A DNA stretch of 64,000 nucleotides, taken from Nitrososphaeria archaeon. Its GTDB lineage: Archaea > Thermoproteota > Nitrososphaeria > JACIWG01. Positions within the stretch are counted from its first letter, which is position 1; every line of letters begins with the position of its first letter. This document shows, in pieces, positions 60,694-64,000 of this stretch. The notes under the pieces are model-generated. The model searched no databases. It worked only from the letters and a program-made list of their open reading frames with translations, and was not told the DNA's origin. The DNA is taken from the NCBI GenBank assembly GCA_050011875.1, contig JBEKIG010000008.1, positions 30,158 through 94,157 of the forward strand, in the 5' to 3' direction. The position numbers were made by a program, and so were the translations under genes.

Positions 60694-61626
60694 ATGAACC
60701 TTCCCACGCACATAATGTTCGGTGCGCTAATCGGAGCTCTTTTCTTTGGGAGGTGGGACATCATTTTGCTTGTTGCCATCGGGTCAGTCCTCCCTGACAT
60801 GGATAGGGAGTATGGCTTTTTCAGCAAAGATTACTTCCGCGACCATCAGCTCCATCGAGCGATATACCACAACTTCGTTTTCATTGGGATCGTTTTTCTG
60901 ATTAACCCTTACCTTGCACTGGGTGCTTTCTGTCATACCCTTCTTGATGCTGTCAACACAGCAAAAGATCGCGGGGTGGAGTGGCTTTATCCTTTCTCAA
61001 GGCTAGTGAAGAAAGCTAGGTATGATCACGAAGGTAAAAAAATTGCGTTCGATATCAAAACTAAGGTATATATGTATCAAAACGACCCAGTCGAGCTCAC
61101 CAGAAAAACCGCTGAGGATATGAAAGATTTTACTATCAGGCCCTGGCGAAGGATTTACGGTCCCTTCTATTCTGGCGGTATCTTGGATATAGGAATTTTT
61201 CTTGGCTCCACCGCAATCATCCTGTTTTTGGCTCTCCTGTCTGTGTTTGGGGTTAGGACTTTCATAGATTTTTACCATCCTCAATTCAGCTTAAGCTTTA
61301 TTGGTCCTTTATCTATCAGTTCTTTGGGCGTTTCTCTAGTTTTGGGCATAGGTGAAATGAAAAGGCACAGAGAGGCGAAAAAAGCTTCTCCGGCACCGCC
61401 GATGCTGTATAAGCTATCATTCTTTCTCTCGTTATTCTTAATCGCGTTTGGGGTTGGGCTTGGAGCCTATCTCAACCCGAGTTCATATAGTACATCCACA
61501 AGCAATCTTCCCTACTTGGCGGCAGGAATCTTAATTGTATTTTTAACTGCCTTCATTGTGCTTAAAATCTATTCTTCAAGGTCGATTGTGAGAATGAGAA
61601 ATGGCCAGGATCCATATGCAGTTTAA
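60694..61626 (+). CDS. Membrane-bound metal-dependent hydrolase (YdjM-like)
   Basis: TH, LPDMD, HRAIYHN, HTLLD, GV..LYPF. Confidence 0.85.
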   Translation: MNLPTHIMFGALIGALFFGRWDIILLVAIGSVLPDMDREYGFFSKDYFRDHQLHRAIYHNFVFIGIVFLINPYLALGAFCHTLLDAVNTAKDRGVEWLYPFSRLVKKARYDHEGKKIAFDIKTKVYMYQNDPVELTRKTAEDMKDFTIRPWRRIYGPFYSGGILDIGIFLGSTAIILFLALLSVFGVRTFIDFYHPQFSLSFIGPLSISSLGVSLVLGIGEMKRHREAKKASPAPPMLYKLSFFLSLFLIAFGVGLGAYLNPSSYSTSTSNLPYLAAGILIVFLTAFIVLKIYSSRSIVRMRNGQDPYAV

Positions 61627-61920
61627 TGCAGTGGTGTAATCTACAACAAAAAAGAATTACAGCACCATATACAATAGAAACATTTACAATAATTCCAGAG
61701 AACTTTGGTCCCAACTAGGTCTTATAGACGTTACATCCATAGAAGGTTAAGTGTTTAGTTAACACTTTTTAGTATGCAATGCTACAGATGGCATTATGCT
61801 CCAGAAATGGTTATCTGTGGGCTCTAAAAAGGAAATGAGATGTGATCTGTTTATGAAGTCCAAGGTTGCATGTTCGGTGAAGAGTATTTGTCCAAAGAAG
61901 AGCTGTAAGAGGGGTAATGT

Positions 61921-62070
61921 ATGATCTGGATAAAGGGAATAGGAGCTTTCATTGCAATAGAGGGAGCCGCAAACATCTGGTACTGGTGGGACGACAAACA
62001 TCCCTGGTACTTTCAAGTTGGAAGATTGCTGAGAACTGTCTTCGGTATTGTATTAGTTGTCTTGGGTTAA
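61921..62070 (+). CDS. Small two-TM protein (49 aa), not in the ORF track
   Basis: MIWIKGIGAFIAIEGAANIWYWWDDKHPWYFQVGRLLRTVFGIVLVVLG*; GAGGGG RBS. Confidence 0.6.
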   Translation: MIWIKGIGAFIAIEGAANIWYWWDDKHPWYFQVGRLLRTVFGIVLVVLG

Positions 62071-62720
62071 GCGAAAAACATATCGTCAGCGACGGCCCCT
62101 ATGATCTTTATAGCATCTTCCAGGCTGAGCAGTAGAAACCAACAGACAACCCTGGCCAGTTCTGGCGGTACAGGATTATCACTAGCGCAAAAGGAAATTT
62201 CAGTGGAGCGTTCTTACTTGAGAAAAAAAAGGTTCAACCCCGTGGTGCCCCCGAAACCTAGCTGGCGCAATACTCCCGCAAACGTGTACAGATGCCTCCT
62301 ACTTTTCCAATTCAGTAACATAAGCCAATGATCTGCATTAACGCGCCAAAGCTGCTAAGCCTAAATTACTCTTTATTGCAATGAAATGGGGATTGTCAGT
62401 CACATGGAAGTTGAAGTCGTTTCGAGTGACCATTACCATGTAGTGAAATCTAATGAAGCGCAGCGGAAGTGGTTCTCCGATCCTAAGAACTGGCTTGCAA
62501 CCGCTGAAGAGACTTGGAGAAGGAAGCGCTGGGAAAGGGCCGACAAGTTGGATGTCTATCAAAGACTTGATTATTCCCGAGGTCCCAGCAGTCAAAGTTC
62601 AAGAGCAAAGTACAAGGGTTCTCTACAATAAAGATGGAACATATCTCGTGGCCTGTGTGGTCGAGAATCGGGCATGTATCTTTGAAAGTAGACTCATCCT
62701 CGATTGCTTATCGTAGTTGT

Positions 62721-63152
62721 CTAGAGATGAGGGAAGAATGATGCGGGAAGCACTATGCCGAAGAGGGATCCTAGTATGACGCTCATCACGGCGAAGACGA
62801 CTACCGCGAGTATGGCTATTCCGATGCCGCCAAGCCAGCCTGTTCCGAAGCTTTCTTTATAGACCCATATCCAGGCTATGAAGGCTAAGAGCAGGGCGAT
62901 GATGTATGCCCCTGAGCCGATCACTGCTCCTAGAAAGTAATCCACTACGACCACGACCACAATGTAGACTATTGGGCCGAACAAGGTGGCAACCATGGCA
63001 TCGCCAAAGGTGGATTTTCCTCCAGTTATGGCCTTGCCCGCCAGCCACGCCGGTATTGAGACGACTATCCACAATATGATCAAGCCGATAACGGTCACAA
63101 TCAGGCTCGTCAAAGTCAGACTGCCAAGGTTGGGAAGAACTATATTGCTCAA
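62721..63152 (-). CDS. Four-TM hypothetical membrane protein
   Basis: 143 aa; WVYKESFGTGWLG motif; TTTATA upstream. Confidence 0.75.
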   Translation of the reverse strand: MSNIVLPNLGSLTLTSLIVTVIGLIILWIVVSIPAWLAGKAITGGKSTFGDAMVATLFGPIVYIVVVVVVDYFLGAVIGSGAYIIALLLAFIAWIWVYKESFGTGWLGGIGIAILAVVVFAVMSVILGSLFGIVLPASFFPHL

Positions 63153-63883
63153 AATCTCTACCGTTTTTGGATATGCATGTTCGTCAATATAAAGATTTAC
63201 TCCGCTTGAAGAGGCTATTTAACACCGTTTTAGTTGATTGGCTGATCCGTAAGGCGATATCTAGGCATCCGAGAAGCCCCTAATTGGCTGGAGAATCATC
63301 CCGTACCCTATTTGCGGACGGATTGAAAACAACTTAACTTTCCTATTAGGAAGGAAATTATCAGAATAATGGCTGTATAAAGGGAACACAGGAAGTAATC
63401 ATTCGAACAAATACGTTAGCCCAGACATGTCCAGATTTTAGGCTAAAAGGAGTGAATACTAATCGTCTTATCCTTAATAGACTTACTTAGGACCATCCGT
63501 CTCTTCTCTCAAGAATTCCAGCTGATAAAGGCATAGTCATAGATAGGATCAAATTCAATAGGGGAGTGGATGCTTTAGCTGTGATAACAAACATTTACAT
63601 CAAGAAACTTGGAAATAGTGCAATAACAGTAATATCTCTTTTAAACCTTTCTTCTCACTTTTATCTGTGATCTTGTAGAGTAGCTCTTTTTGATCATGAA
63701 ATAATAGAGGCCTTAACCTCTGTAGAAACATGTCATGGGATTGATCTAGGAATATCAGTCTTCTTTTCTAGACTGATGACTATTAACTCTCTCACTTCAT
63801 CTCATGTTGGGAAAATAGAAGGGAAGTAAAACTAAGCAAAACGTTTATAAGTTACTAAGAAATAATGGTTTATGGTGATATAT

Positions 63884-64000
63884 GTGAAAAGTAAGGAAGT
63901 TTTGGATAAAGATGTTTATACTGGAACCAACGAGAAAATAGGCACAATCAAAGAACTGGAAATAGACTGGAGAAATTGGCAAGTTACTGATCTTGAAGTC
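63884..64000 (+). CDS. PRC-barrel domain protein, 3'-truncated by the window edge
   Basis: GTG after GGTGA RBS; KEVLDKDVY....EKIG.IKELEID...WQVTDLEV. Confidence 0.75.
   Translation, partial: MKSKEVLDKDVYTGTNEKIGTIKELEIDWRNWQVTDLEV

Noticed and set aside
62101-62716. Overlapping short ORFs, possibly a frameshifted gene relic
   Set aside because: No recognisable family; cannot be supported without a database search

Overview
Archaeal chromosomal segment of a TACK-lineage organism, probably near Nitrososphaeria/Brockarchaeota/Bathyarchaeia: it has a fused RpoA'A'', an unsplit RpoB, and no EF-2 in the str cluster. The left half (1-30 kb) is mostly core and metabolic: thermosome, geranylgeranyl reductase, class II HMG-CoA reductase, an ACD/GNAT/ACS acetate cluster, a WOR5-like tungsten oxidoreductase, the rpoH-rpoB-rpoA-L30e-NusA-S12-S7-EF1a-S10 operon and class II RNR. 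The right half is accessory, with many gene fragments. The main results are (i) a 9.2-kb IS6-like (SWIM-DDE) cargo transposon at 46641-55837 with 68-bp TIRs and an 8-bp TSD. It carries a type IIB-like RM system, DUF365, and a SocA/Panacea-like plus proteasome-beta-like gene pair, and is subdivided by nested IR ends and transposase-tail relics. (ii) A related 757-bp non-autonomous element lies at 14113-14869. (iii) Both elements sit in the same register directly upstream of a TATA-like box, suggesting promoter-targeted transposition. (iv) A P2-like ATPase has a PINI (flippase-PISL-like) TM4 motif. (v) A NikR operator points to a nickel regulon. All family assignments come from motif recognition by eye; no database searches were run.
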